Source of the DNA: a bacterium
GTDB lineage: Bacteria > SZUA-182 > DTGQ01
Direction of reading: 5' to 3'
Length of the DNA: 36,464 bases
Assembly: GCA_040752695.1 (NCBI GenBank)
Contig: JBFMGO010000053.1
Location: 1-36,464, forward strand
Part shown: positions 1 through 8,710 of the stretch, piece by piece
Layout: every line of letters starts with the position of its first letter
Position numbering within the stretch: the first letter of the stretch is position 1
The notes under the pieces: model-generated
The model's database searches: none
What the model was told of the DNA's origin: nothing
Seen by the model: only the letters and a program-made list of their open reading frames with translations
Translations under genes and position numbers: made by a program

Positions 1-866
1 ACATTTCTGTCTGGAGAAACGAGCAATTGAGCAGGGAGGTAGTGGTAAGACCTGATGGCAAGATTTCATCCCCTTTGCTGGATGAACTGGCAGTAGCCGG
101 ATTAACTCCTCTCGAAGTGAAGGAAATCATTACGCAGAAACTTGCGCTTTATATTGAAGACCCTGAAGTAACGGTAATTTTACAGGGAATTAACAGCCAT
201 AAGGTTTACATAACCGGCAATGCCGGCCTGCCGGGAGTGTTGAATCTCACCAGAACGATCACCTTATTCCAGCTCCTGGCGATGGCCGATGGGAAAGCCC
301 TGTCTGAAAATGTCGATCTCGATGGGGCTTATATTTTACGAGACAGGAAGCGATTACCCGTTGATTTTGAAAAGCTGGTAGAAGAGGGTGACCTGACCCA
401 GGATGTCGAGCTTTTGCCTGACGACATTATTTCCCTGCCGGATAATTACCGTAACCGGATTACTGTTATCGGCGAAGTGAAAACTCCACGGGTAGTTCCG
501 TTCAAAAGGGGAACTACGCTCCTTGATGCCGTGTTATTGTCCGGAGGTCCCACTGAGGACGCCAACTTAAACGGCACCAAAATAATCAGGAAGAAAACGG
601 ACAAAGAACAAACGGCTGCGACGGCCAAAGATGGATCGGCAGATAAGGAAGGGAAAAGAGATGAAAAGAGAGCGATAAACAAAAAAGGAGAGGGAGACAA
701 AAAGGGAGCCGCGGACACAATGAACAAAAAGGGTGAAGCGGCTACAGAAAGTGCAACTGAAGTCATAAAGGTAAGATTGAGAGATATCATGAAAAAAGGT
801 GATCTCAAAGATAACCTGGAGCTTCAGCCAATGGATATAATAATTATCCCTGCCAGCATCTTTTAG
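1..866 (+). CDS. wza: Polysaccharide export protein, Wza/OPX family (Poly_export + SLBB domains), 5'-truncated by the window edge
   Basis: The frame is open from base 3 (ISVWRNEQLSREVVVRPDGKISSPLL..AGLTP..I...L..YI.DPEVTV), the typical Poly_export motif. Two SLBB-like segments follow (VYITG..; ITVIGEVKTP..TLLDAVLLSGG), ending NLELQPMDIIIIP. The TTG at 27 is internal. Confidence 0.9.
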   Translation, partial: ISVWRNEQLSREVVVRPDGKISSPLLDELAVAGLTPLEVKEIITQKLALYIEDPEVTVILQGINSHKVYITGNAGLPGVLNLTRTITLFQLLAMADGKALSENVDLDGAYILRDRKRLPVDFEKLVEEGDLTQDVELLPDDIISLPDNYRNRITVIGEVKTPRVVPFKRGTTLLDAVLLSGGPTEDANLNGTKIIRKKTDKEQTAATAKDGSADKEGKRDEKRAINKKGEGDKKGAADTMNKKGEAATESATEVIKVRLRDIMKKGDLKDNLELQPMDIIIIPASIF

Positions 867-957
867 CCTCGCATGCCGGATTTAGAAAAAAGAGTGAAAA
901 TTCGCGAACTGAATGCACCCTCATTCCCTGACTCTTAAAAGGCCATGAGATGATTGA

Positions 958-2472
958 ATGCATAAGAAGAGCATACCTTTTATAGCCATTATTGTCATTG
1001 CCATTGTTATTGTCATGAATGATGCTTTTTCCCCTCACTTCTTTGGGCTGGCTGAAGGCATGGAGATCGGCAGATTTCGCTGTGTACCTTCCCTCATTAC
1101 GAGAAAGACCTTTGATGACAATGTCTACCTGACCAAATATGACCGTGAGGAAACGAGCTTCACTACCATCCTCCCTTCATTATCCATAGCCAAAACAGGG
1201 AAGATCATAGATCTCACCCTGAGCTATCAGGGCGATTTCCGCTTATATAATGAGAAATACTCCGATGAAAACCGGTATAATCAAACCGGCTCCTGGAACA
1301 TCGGCCTTAAACCGACATCGAAGCTGGGGATCGATATCAAAGGACGCGATACCTATAGTTATGCCAAGCGTGATGAAAGAAGAGAGCTGTTCAAGAGCAA
1401 TAATAATTTAGCTGAATATAACGACCTTTCCTCTGCCTTCGATATAACACAAAAGATCGGCAAAAAATGGAGGGCCAAGCTCACCTATCTGCATGATGAG
1501 AAGAATTACCGGCAAAGTAAAAATGACCCGGATCTTGAGGACAGTAAAAATCAGGGAGGGAATGCAGACCTTGAATATAACCTGTACAGGAACGCTTTTT
1601 TCACCCTGGGCTATAGATACGCTTCAATCGAGTTTAATAAGGAAACCCCCGACTATGGGGAGCAGGAAGTCTCAGGAGGTTTTTCCTGGGAGAAAAAGTC
1701 CAGCCTCAAATTAAGTGGGAGATGGGGTCAGGCATGGAGAGAAATTGAATCCACAGTGAATGAATCGAGAACGAAAGAATATCGGACCCTTGCCGCGAGC
1801 CTGGATATTTATTGCATCAAGGACACCGTAATCATGGCATCGTACAGCGAAGTGCCGGGCTATATCTCGCCCTACCGTACCGAAAACGACCCTTTCATTT
1901 CGCACCAGCTCTCTGTCAATATCAAACGTGACCTTTTGCATCAAAAGATTATCATAGATTACAGCGGATCACAGCGGGTCGATGATCATGATCTGACCGG
2001 TACGAAGGATAAATCGTGGAGTGAAACGGTACATATCGCCTGGAGGATCTTGAAACCGGCATTACTATCCCTCACCGGCAGCCGTACAAAATCCCGCTAT
2101 CAGTATGAGCCGGATACTGGAGATGAAAACAGGGATGAAGACAGAGAGGATAAGACCTGGAGCTGCGGGGCAAACCTTGAGTGGAGAATACTCAAACCTG
2201 TGGTGTTAACCATACGCGGCAAATATACCAATATTTCCTATCATACCCTTTATCTTTCTAACGTGGAAGATCAAAACGATCATGCGCTTCGCGAAGATAC
2301 GCGCTATGAAGGATCATGTCAATTGGCCTCTACCCTTTATAAAAATATCTCCTTTGAAATGGCCTATCAGTATCTGAAAAATAATTCCGAGGACAAGGAA
2401 ACACACGAATCGCTGGACGATAATGAATACACAGACCACAGGTATAGCCTTGGGTTGGGAATAACGTTTTAA
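958..2472 (+). CDS. EPS-associated outer-membrane beta-barrel protein
   Basis: Hydrophobic N-terminal signal, the motif (T/Y)FDDNVY, alternating amphipathic strands rich in Y/W, and a C-terminal beta-signal YSLGLGITF. Adjacent to wza. Confidence 0.8.
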   Translation: MHKKSIPFIAIIVIAIVIVMNDAFSPHFFGLAEGMEIGRFRCVPSLITRKTFDDNVYLTKYDREETSFTTILPSLSIAKTGKIIDLTLSYQGDFRLYNEKYSDENRYNQTGSWNIGLKPTSKLGIDIKGRDTYSYAKRDERRELFKSNNNLAEYNDLSSAFDITQKIGKKWRAKLTYLHDEKNYRQSKNDPDLEDSKNQGGNADLEYNLYRNAFFTLGYRYASIEFNKETPDYGEQEVSGGFSWEKKSSLKLSGRWGQAWREIESTVNESRTKEYRTLAASLDIYCIKDTVIMASYSEVPGYISPYRTENDPFISHQLSVNIKRDLLHQKIIIDYSGSQRVDDHDLTGTKDKSWSETVHIAWRILKPALLSLTGSRTKSRYQYEPDTGDENRDEDREDKTWSCGANLEWRILKPVVLTIRGKYTNISYHTLYLSNVEDQNDHALREDTRYEGSCQLASTLYKNISFEMAYQYLKNNSEDKETHESLDDNEYTDHRYSLGLGITF

Positions 2473-2527
2473 TATGCCCATCAACCACAGGTATCAATCG
2501 CAGGCATTAACCAAAGGGAAAAACGAC

Positions 2528-3751
2528 ATGAAAATTGTCCATATCGTAGGTGCGCGGCCCCAGTTTATAAAGCTGGCTCCGCTCTGCCAGGCTATACAGA
2601 CTTACAATGAATGTACTCTTTCTGAAAGCATCCCGCTCAGCGTTCCGATAAAATCACTTATTATCCATACCGGCCAGCATTACGACTATCTCATGTCAAA
2701 GGTCTTCTTTGACGATCTGCGGATACCGGCACCGGATTACAACCTTGAAGTAGGCTCGGGGAGACACGGCCAGCAGACAGGCTTGATGCTCGACCGTATC
2801 GAGGATGTGTTAATCAGGGAAAATCCTGCCCTGGTCATTGTCTACGGAGATACCAATTCTACCCTGGCCGGCGCACTGGCAGCAAGCAAACTGCACATTC
2901 CGATCTGCCACATAGAGGCAGGGCTTCGCAGCTTCAACCGAAAAATGCCGGAGGAGATAAACCGCATCGTAACGGATCATATCTCCACGCTCCTGTGCTG
3001 TCCCACCTACACAGCAGCCATGAACCTGCAAAGGGAAGGCTTCGCCGATGTCCTGAAAGAAGGCGAGCTCATGGACCCGGCAGGGGATTGGGCGGTGTGT
3101 CCCGGACGCGTTCCTCTGGTAGTGAACACCGGTGATATCATGTACGACTCGGTGCTGTTCTCGCTTCAAAGGGCTATCGGAAAATCCACCATCCTTAAGG
3201 AACTGAATCTAGCCTCTTCCCAGGGCCAGGGCAGAGCGGTGCCCTATGCCCTTTGCACCGTTCACCGGCAGGAAAATACCGATGACCGGCAAAGATTAAA
3301 CACTATTCTCACTACCCTGGAAGAAATTGCCGCCAAAGGGATGGCGGTCATATTTCCCGTACATCCCAGAACGAAAAAATTCTTGGCCTCCGTTCATGGT
3401 ACCTTTCCGCACTTGAGAATCATCGATCCTGTTTCCTACTATGATATGCTCATCCTCCAAAAACATGCAGGCATAATTCTGACCGATTCAGGCGGAGTGC
3501 AGAAAGAAGCCTTCTTCATGCATGTCCCCTGTATTACTCTCCGTGATGAAACGGAATGGGTCGAGACAGTCACAGCGGGCATGAATATCATTGCCGGAGC
3601 AGACAGGGGAAAGATACTCCAAGCCTTTGAGGAAATGCTTCAGAGGCCGCCAAGAAGGTACAGGGACGAGGCATCGAGCCAGCCTTTTGGAAAAGGAGAT
3701 GCATCTCATCTCATTTTAAGGGCGATCTTAAGCCAGTGCAAGGTATCTTAG
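2528..3751 (+). CDS. wecB: UDP-N-acetylglucosamine 2-epimerase, non-hydrolysing (WecB/WbpI-like)
   Basis: Motifs GARPQFIK, HTGQHYD, VYGDTNST, HIEAGLRS, MPEEINR, TDSGGVQKEA, RDETEW. ATG 2528 matches the family N-terminus; the ORF track starts at 2474. Confidence 0.93.
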   Translation: MKIVHIVGARPQFIKLAPLCQAIQTYNECTLSESIPLSVPIKSLIIHTGQHYDYLMSKVFFDDLRIPAPDYNLEVGSGRHGQQTGLMLDRIEDVLIRENPALVIVYGDTNSTLAGALAASKLHIPICHIEAGLRSFNRKMPEEINRIVTDHISTLLCCPTYTAAMNLQREGFADVLKEGELMDPAGDWAVCPGRVPLVVNTGDIMYDSVLFSLQRAIGKSTILKELNLASSQGQGRAVPYALCTVHRQENTDDRQRLNTILTTLEEIAAKGMAVIFPVHPRTKKFLASVHGTFPHLRIIDPVSYYDMLILQKHAGIILTDSGGVQKEAFFMHVPCITLRDETEWVETVTAGMNIIAGADRGKILQAFEEMLQRPPRRYRDEASSQPFGKGDASHLILRAILSQCKVS

Positions 3752-3818
3752 GCTTTCACTCTGCCTTTCCCAAGCCAATTAATCCGAAGCACATAACCCA
3801 AAAATCCGGATACTAAAT

Positions 3819-5438
3819 ATGAATACTCTTGAAACTCAAGCACCCAAAAGTGAGCCCCAATCACCCAAAAGCCAAACCGAGGTAAACAGGAGGCTGGTTG
3901 TAACCAATTCAATCTCCAACTACGGTCAGTATGCCATAGCGATTCTCGTCGGTATATTCCTGCAGTCTTATATGATTAGGGCACTGGGTAAAAATGAGTA
4001 TGCGCTCTGGCCTTTAATTAATACCTGCATAGGCTTTGTAGCCCTGATCCCGGTAAGCATCGGGTCTGGTACAGCACGCTTTCTTGCTCATGCCCTTGGT
4101 GAAGCAGATTTAAAGAAAGTAGAACAGATTACAACAAGCTCATTCTGCGCTTTGCTCGTCACCGCTGCTGCCTATGGCATCGGTGTTATATTCTTGAGTA
4201 TTTATTTTGAGCGCATCTTCGATATCCCAACAGGTGCAGTCGGGGTTGGTCCCTGGGCTATGCTGTTGACGGGATTGAGCGGTATGGTGTCCATACCGTT
4301 TTCAATCTTTAATGGAGGACTCAGAGCAGCTCAAAAATTTGTGATTCTTAATACCTTACAAGTCGTATTCCAAATTACTCGGTTGATACTCATTATTTCT
4401 GCCTTTACCTTCGGGACACCAAGCCTTATCTGGGTTGGGGGCATTTACCTGTTCTTAGAGCTGGTGAATGGAGTAGCCACTCTTCTGGTGGCAAGGCAAG
4501 TCATCCCCTGGAATAAGATAAGACGGGAGTCGTTTAGCTGGGATGTTCTCTGGGAAGTTAATAATTTCAGTCTGTTAGTGCTCGTCATACAGATAGCAGG
4601 TCTTTTATACTGGAAAACCGACAATATCATTATCAATAAGTTACTCGACCCCTCTTTGCTAACGGGTTATTCTGTAGTGGCAAGCTTTGTCATACACTGC
4701 TATCAATTCACATCCCTCGGAACAACCGTTCTAAGACCGACAGCTACCATCCTCTACGCTGAAAAAAATGTACCAAGGTTGCGCCGGCTCATTTACCGGA
4801 CAAACAGGATCATAGTACCGGTTACCGTATCCGTTTTATTTTTCCTGATAATCTATGGCCCAGTTATACTGGATGTTTACATAGGCCCTGCCTACAGAGA
4901 ATATGCTGTGCTCTTTCCACTCCTGGCAGGAGGATGCATCTTCTCTGTCACCCAGAGTGCGGCAGGGACAGTACCTCATGCCTTCGGGCGTTTGCTCCTG
5001 GTCTCATCGATATCACTGATAAGTGCGGTGACAAATGTTTTGTTGAGCGTATTTTTCGTTCTGGTATGGAAATGGGGATTGATTGGTGTAGCAGCGGGCA
5101 CTGCTATTGTTACCGTGATTGAAAAGGCTGTTTTTTGGCCATGGTATACAGCATCCTTATTGGAAATACCGTGGCATGAGTATGTATATGAAAGCTACAT
5201 CGTCCCGTTAGGGAATTGCTTGCCTATTGTTTTCGTTATGCTCGGCCTGAGGTGGATTGGATTCGGCAAGGATCTTGTGGAGCTGATAAGTGTTGTGGTT
5301 ATCGGAGGATCGATAGAGGCAGCTTACCTGTTTGCGTGGGGAATCGATAGAAGTGATCGAGCAACAATAAAGGTACATTTAAGGAGGTACTGGCATTCTT
5401 TTTATAATATTAAAAATACAACAACCTATTCAGTATAA
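3819..5438 (+). CDS. wzx: Oligosaccharide flippase (Wzx / MOP superfamily)
   Basis: About 12-14 hydrophobic segments, RALGKNEYALW and KTDNIIINKLL motifs typical of Wzx, located within an EPS cluster. Confidence 0.85.
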   Translation: MNTLETQAPKSEPQSPKSQTEVNRRLVVTNSISNYGQYAIAILVGIFLQSYMIRALGKNEYALWPLINTCIGFVALIPVSIGSGTARFLAHALGEADLKKVEQITTSSFCALLVTAAAYGIGVIFLSIYFERIFDIPTGAVGVGPWAMLLTGLSGMVSIPFSIFNGGLRAAQKFVILNTLQVVFQITRLILIISAFTFGTPSLIWVGGIYLFLELVNGVATLLVARQVIPWNKIRRESFSWDVLWEVNNFSLLVLVIQIAGLLYWKTDNIIINKLLDPSLLTGYSVVASFVIHCYQFTSLGTTVLRPTATILYAEKNVPRLRRLIYRTNRIIVPVTVSVLFFLIIYGPVILDVYIGPAYREYAVLFPLLAGGCIFSVTQSAAGTVPHAFGRLLLVSSISLISAVTNVLLSVFFVLVWKWGLIGVAAGTAIVTVIEKAVFWPWYTASLLEIPWHEYVYESYIVPLGNCLPIVFVMLGLRWIGFGKDLVELISVVVIGGSIEAAYLFAWGIDRSDRATIKVHLRRYWHSFYNIKNTTTYSV

Positions 5439-5488
5439 AATATAAAAAATATAAAATTATTGACTTTATTAAACAATAGGATTATAAT
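5436..5488 (+). promoter_or_regulatory. Sigma70-type promoter with AT-rich UP element
   Basis: TTGACT (5460-5465), a 17-nt spacer, then TATAAT (5483-5488), preceded by an all-A/T tract at 5436-5459. Confidence 0.75.
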
Positions 5489-5552
5489 ATTTATCTAGAT
5501 AAGTAATGACTATTAACCTTTAGAGTGTTACAAAAAACAGGAGGGACTCTCC

Positions 5553-8429
5553 TTGAAAAACATGTCCTCGTCTAACCCGGCTTTCTTCTTGCCAGACTCC
5601 ACGGAAGAAATAATAGTTGAAAGAGAAAACATGCTGCATACCATCTGTGCAAAACACTTTTACCGGCATACTTTCACCCTTATGCTCGTGTTGTGCATCA
5701 GCTTAATGGCCTCTTTGGCAGTTGATTTTCATTCCATGAAAATTGGTACAGCGAAAGCGATGGCGGCTTCTGGTGCCGGGCTCTATTTTCAGGGCAACGG
5801 CGGTTATGGCGAAATCGTGAGTGATGATTTTACCGACCTTGATTATTCAAAAAGCTTTTCCATTGAAACTGTGGTTTACATCAGCCCGTATGAAAACAAG
5901 GATAACCTGTGGCCGGGCATTATTACCAAGATTAAAAAGTATGGTTTAAACAGGCCCTGTTACAGGGGATGGGGGTTGGGTCTATATTCGACTCAGACAT
6001 ATTACGCTCAAGTACATGCCAAGGTAGGCGACGGCAATGGTCATGCTACCGTTCGATCAGGGGCTGTTATAGGCAGACTGCACCTGGTCATGACCTGGAA
6101 CAAGGATAAGAAGCTGTTAAGTTTGTACATCAACGGCAAACAGGCAGCCGAGTCAAAGAATGAATTAGTCGCCCTTGCTGATATCGCCAATTCAGAACCT
6201 CTCTGGTTAGTCAGAAGCGAGACGGTATTACAATCCCCGATACTGTACATACGCTTATGGAACAGGGACTTATCCTCCGATGTCGCTACCCTTTACAACC
6301 ATTATAACAGCACAAAGCAGCACAATCTACCTGAAAATTTTAGTAAAAAAGATTTAGTTTCTGAATGGTTGATGTTCGATACATCGAACAGCGGGGGGGA
6401 AAGTGGCACAATCCATATAAAGGATACCGCAAGTACCAATGACATTGAAATGAAAGATGGTGCCGCTGTTACCTCAAGTTCGGGTCCCCTCACCCTATGC
6501 TCTCCGATACCTGGCGCCACTGCTCAAGACAAAAGGGTAACGCTGAAAGTAAAAGGCGGCTACGACAATCTTGCTGCCAAAGGCCCGGTAGTTGGGCCCA
6601 TACAGTATTATTTCCAGGTTGACGAAGTGAATACCTTTGACTCGGCGAATCTCCAGGAATCGGGATGGGTGGCTGATCTTTCTCATTGGCAGCCCCTTTT
6701 AAAGCCGAATACCAGCTATTACTGGCGAGTGAAAGTAAAAGACAGTAAAACGACGCCTTTGATCTCCCGGTTTACTTCTTTTGCCTCCTTCACGACAAAA
6801 GGGCCCTCCTCATGGTATGTTCGTCCCTCTGGAGGGCACTACGGATCGGAGGATGGAACCAGTTATGAGAATGCATGGAATGGGTTTAAAAATATCGTTT
6901 GGGGAGAAAATGGCATCGGGCCTGGAGACACACTGTATGTTCTTGGAACTTTCGACTCTGGAATTTATATCGGAGATGATGAATTAAGCGTCTTGGCTTC
7001 CGGATTACCTGAAAGCCCCATAACGATTACCGGCCAAAATCCCGATCACAAGGACACCCCCGGTATCATCTGGGGTATCCGGGATAAATACCCCATCGGT
7101 ACCGACTGGGGATCTCCGGATAGATTTGGGGTATACTCTCAAAAACAATATGGCTGTTCCAGCACCCATTCCTTTGAGGATGGGAACCTTTTAATGAACG
7201 CTGGCAAAGCTCCTGATAGTACCTGGCAGCCGGGAACGTTTTGGCACGATACAAAAAAATTCGTATTTTACTATAAACCCTCTTCCGGATCACCGAAAGA
7301 TCATCTTGTTTACGCTGGTTATTTCTCACAACCACTATCAATTAATGGTCAGAGCCACATACGAATAACCGGTCTGTCGCTTTATGGCGGAGGCAGGGGA
7401 GCGATAGATTTAGAAAAAGACGCTGATTATATCGAGATAGACGATGTAATCATAAAATACTCCTATAATGGCGTGAGTATTCGAGACGGCTGCGATAATG
7501 GAAAATTCGTTAATTCTCATATGTCCTATTGCGGTAACGGACTTTATATATTTTCCCCAAGCTCCGACACACCCCCGTGCAATGCATGGACGATAAGCAA
7601 CAATATCATCGAGCATATGGATGTGGATGATTATTACCAGGTTCCTGATGAACATGCAATCGGCATTCAGGGGGGGAATGATCATATTGTCGAATCCAAT
7701 AGTACGAACGATACCGGGGAGGCTATATGCCTCTATGCCAGGACGTGGGATGTCATGAAAAACTTCACCGTCAGATATAACTTTGTAAAGAATTGCAGAA
7801 AAGGAGAAAACGGCTTAGGGCATGGCATAGATGTCGGCGGCTCCAATAATGTGCCCTTGGGGAATATAAGCGGTCAAGTCTACGGTAATATTGTGACCGG
7901 TTGCCGGGAGGGTGCCGGTTTCGGGTCCAATTCAAAAGACCTGATAAGCTGGTGGAACAACGTTTCCGCTCAAAATAAGCAAGGATACCTTTTTGGCCAA
8001 ACCACAAAGATCGACGGAGTGTTCTATGGGTGCAAGATCAAGTTCTATAACAACATCTCCTTATATCAAGACAGCTATCATATATACTTTAGAACAAATG
8101 CCCGCTCGGATCAATGTTACAGCTTGATTTCCGATCATAATATTTTCTATCCGGACGGGGCTGAGAAATTTTATTTCCTGGACAAAGAGAAAAACTTCGC
8201 AGACTGGAAATCTTCCACCAGGCAGGATGTAACATCACTCATTCTGGACCCTCATTTTGTCAATTCTACGGGGAATTACTCTATTGCTTCCGATTTTCGC
8301 CTCCACCCTGCCTCTGCGGCTATCAATCAAGGCAAAGATGTAGGTTTAGCGAGAGATTTTATCGGCATCCCCGTCTCTCAAGGGACTGCACCGGATATCG
8401 GAGCATACGAGTTTCTCTCAGATAAATAA
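5553..8429 (+). CDS. Secreted multidomain protein: LamG/ConA-like domain, Fn3-like linker, right-handed parallel beta-helix, choice-of-anchor-Q-like C-terminus (putative polysaccharide lyase/modifier)
   Basis: Hydrophobic segment FTLMLVLCISLMASLAV. LamG motifs HLVMTWN..LSLYING and IRLWNRDLS. Fn3-like LKPNTSYYWRVKVKD. WYVRPSG..DGTSYENAW..GPGDTLYV followed by N/G/I-rich beta-helix rungs. Terminal DFRLHPASAAINQG..APDIGAYEF. TTG 5553 has AGGAGG 8 nt upstream; ATG 5631 is an alternative start. Confidence 0.75.
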   Translation: MKNMSSSNPAFFLPDSTEEIIVERENMLHTICAKHFYRHTFTLMLVLCISLMASLAVDFHSMKIGTAKAMAASGAGLYFQGNGGYGEIVSDDFTDLDYSKSFSIETVVYISPYENKDNLWPGIITKIKKYGLNRPCYRGWGLGLYSTQTYYAQVHAKVGDGNGHATVRSGAVIGRLHLVMTWNKDKKLLSLYINGKQAAESKNELVALADIANSEPLWLVRSETVLQSPILYIRLWNRDLSSDVATLYNHYNSTKQHNLPENFSKKDLVSEWLMFDTSNSGGESGTIHIKDTASTNDIEMKDGAAVTSSSGPLTLCSPIPGATAQDKRVTLKVKGGYDNLAAKGPVVGPIQYYFQVDEVNTFDSANLQESGWVADLSHWQPLLKPNTSYYWRVKVKDSKTTPLISRFTSFASFTTKGPSSWYVRPSGGHYGSEDGTSYENAWNGFKNIVWGENGIGPGDTLYVLGTFDSGIYIGDDELSVLASGLPESPITITGQNPDHKDTPGIIWGIRDKYPIGTDWGSPDRFGVYSQKQYGCSSTHSFEDGNLLMNAGKAPDSTWQPGTFWHDTKKFVFYYKPSSGSPKDHLVYAGYFSQPLSINGQSHIRITGLSLYGGGRGAIDLEKDADYIEIDDVIIKYSYNGVSIRDGCDNGKFVNSHMSYCGNGLYIFSPSSDTPPCNAWTISNNIIEHMDVDDYYQVPDEHAIGIQGGNDHIVESNSTNDTGEAICLYARTWDVMKNFTVRYNFVKNCRKGENGLGHGIDVGGSNNVPLGNISGQVYGNIVTGCREGAGFGSNSKDLISWWNNVSAQNKQGYLFGQTTKIDGVFYGCKIKFYNNISLYQDSYHIYFRTNARSDQCYSLISDHNIFYPDGAEKFYFLDKEKNFADWKSSTRQDVTSLILDPHFVNSTGNYSIASDFRLHPASAAINQGKDVGLARDFIGIPVSQGTAPDIGAYEFLSDK

Positions 8430-8470
8430 GCTATCTGCACTTATCTTTTAAGCATATTATATTATCTCCT

Positions 8471-8630
8471 TCTCACTACCGGACACTTTTACTGTCATTC
8501 CCGCGAAAGCGGGAATCCATGCATGGTTGCAGCACCCCCCTGGATTCTAAGCCTACGCTCAGAATGACGGGAAATGTCCGTACTTACTGACGTATACAGA
8601 ATCATAGATAAAAAGTGTCCGGTAGAGAGA
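8471..8630. mobile_element. MITE-like non-autonomous element with terminal inverted repeats, containing a REP/dRS3-like palindrome pair
   Basis: Perfect 15-bp IR CTACCGGACACTTTT (8476-8490) / AAAAGTGTCCGGTAG (8611-8625), 19/20 when extended to 8471 and 8630. Internal GTCATTCCCGCGAAAGCGGGAATCCA (8494-8519) and degenerate partner TGGATTCT..AGAATGAC (8541-8568). Confidence 0.65.
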
Positions 8631-8710
8631 TCCCCTTTTGATATACTTTCATACAAGTTGAATCGTTCAGCTCCATTCTCCACCGAATCTGCACGTCAGG
8701 AGTTTCAATA

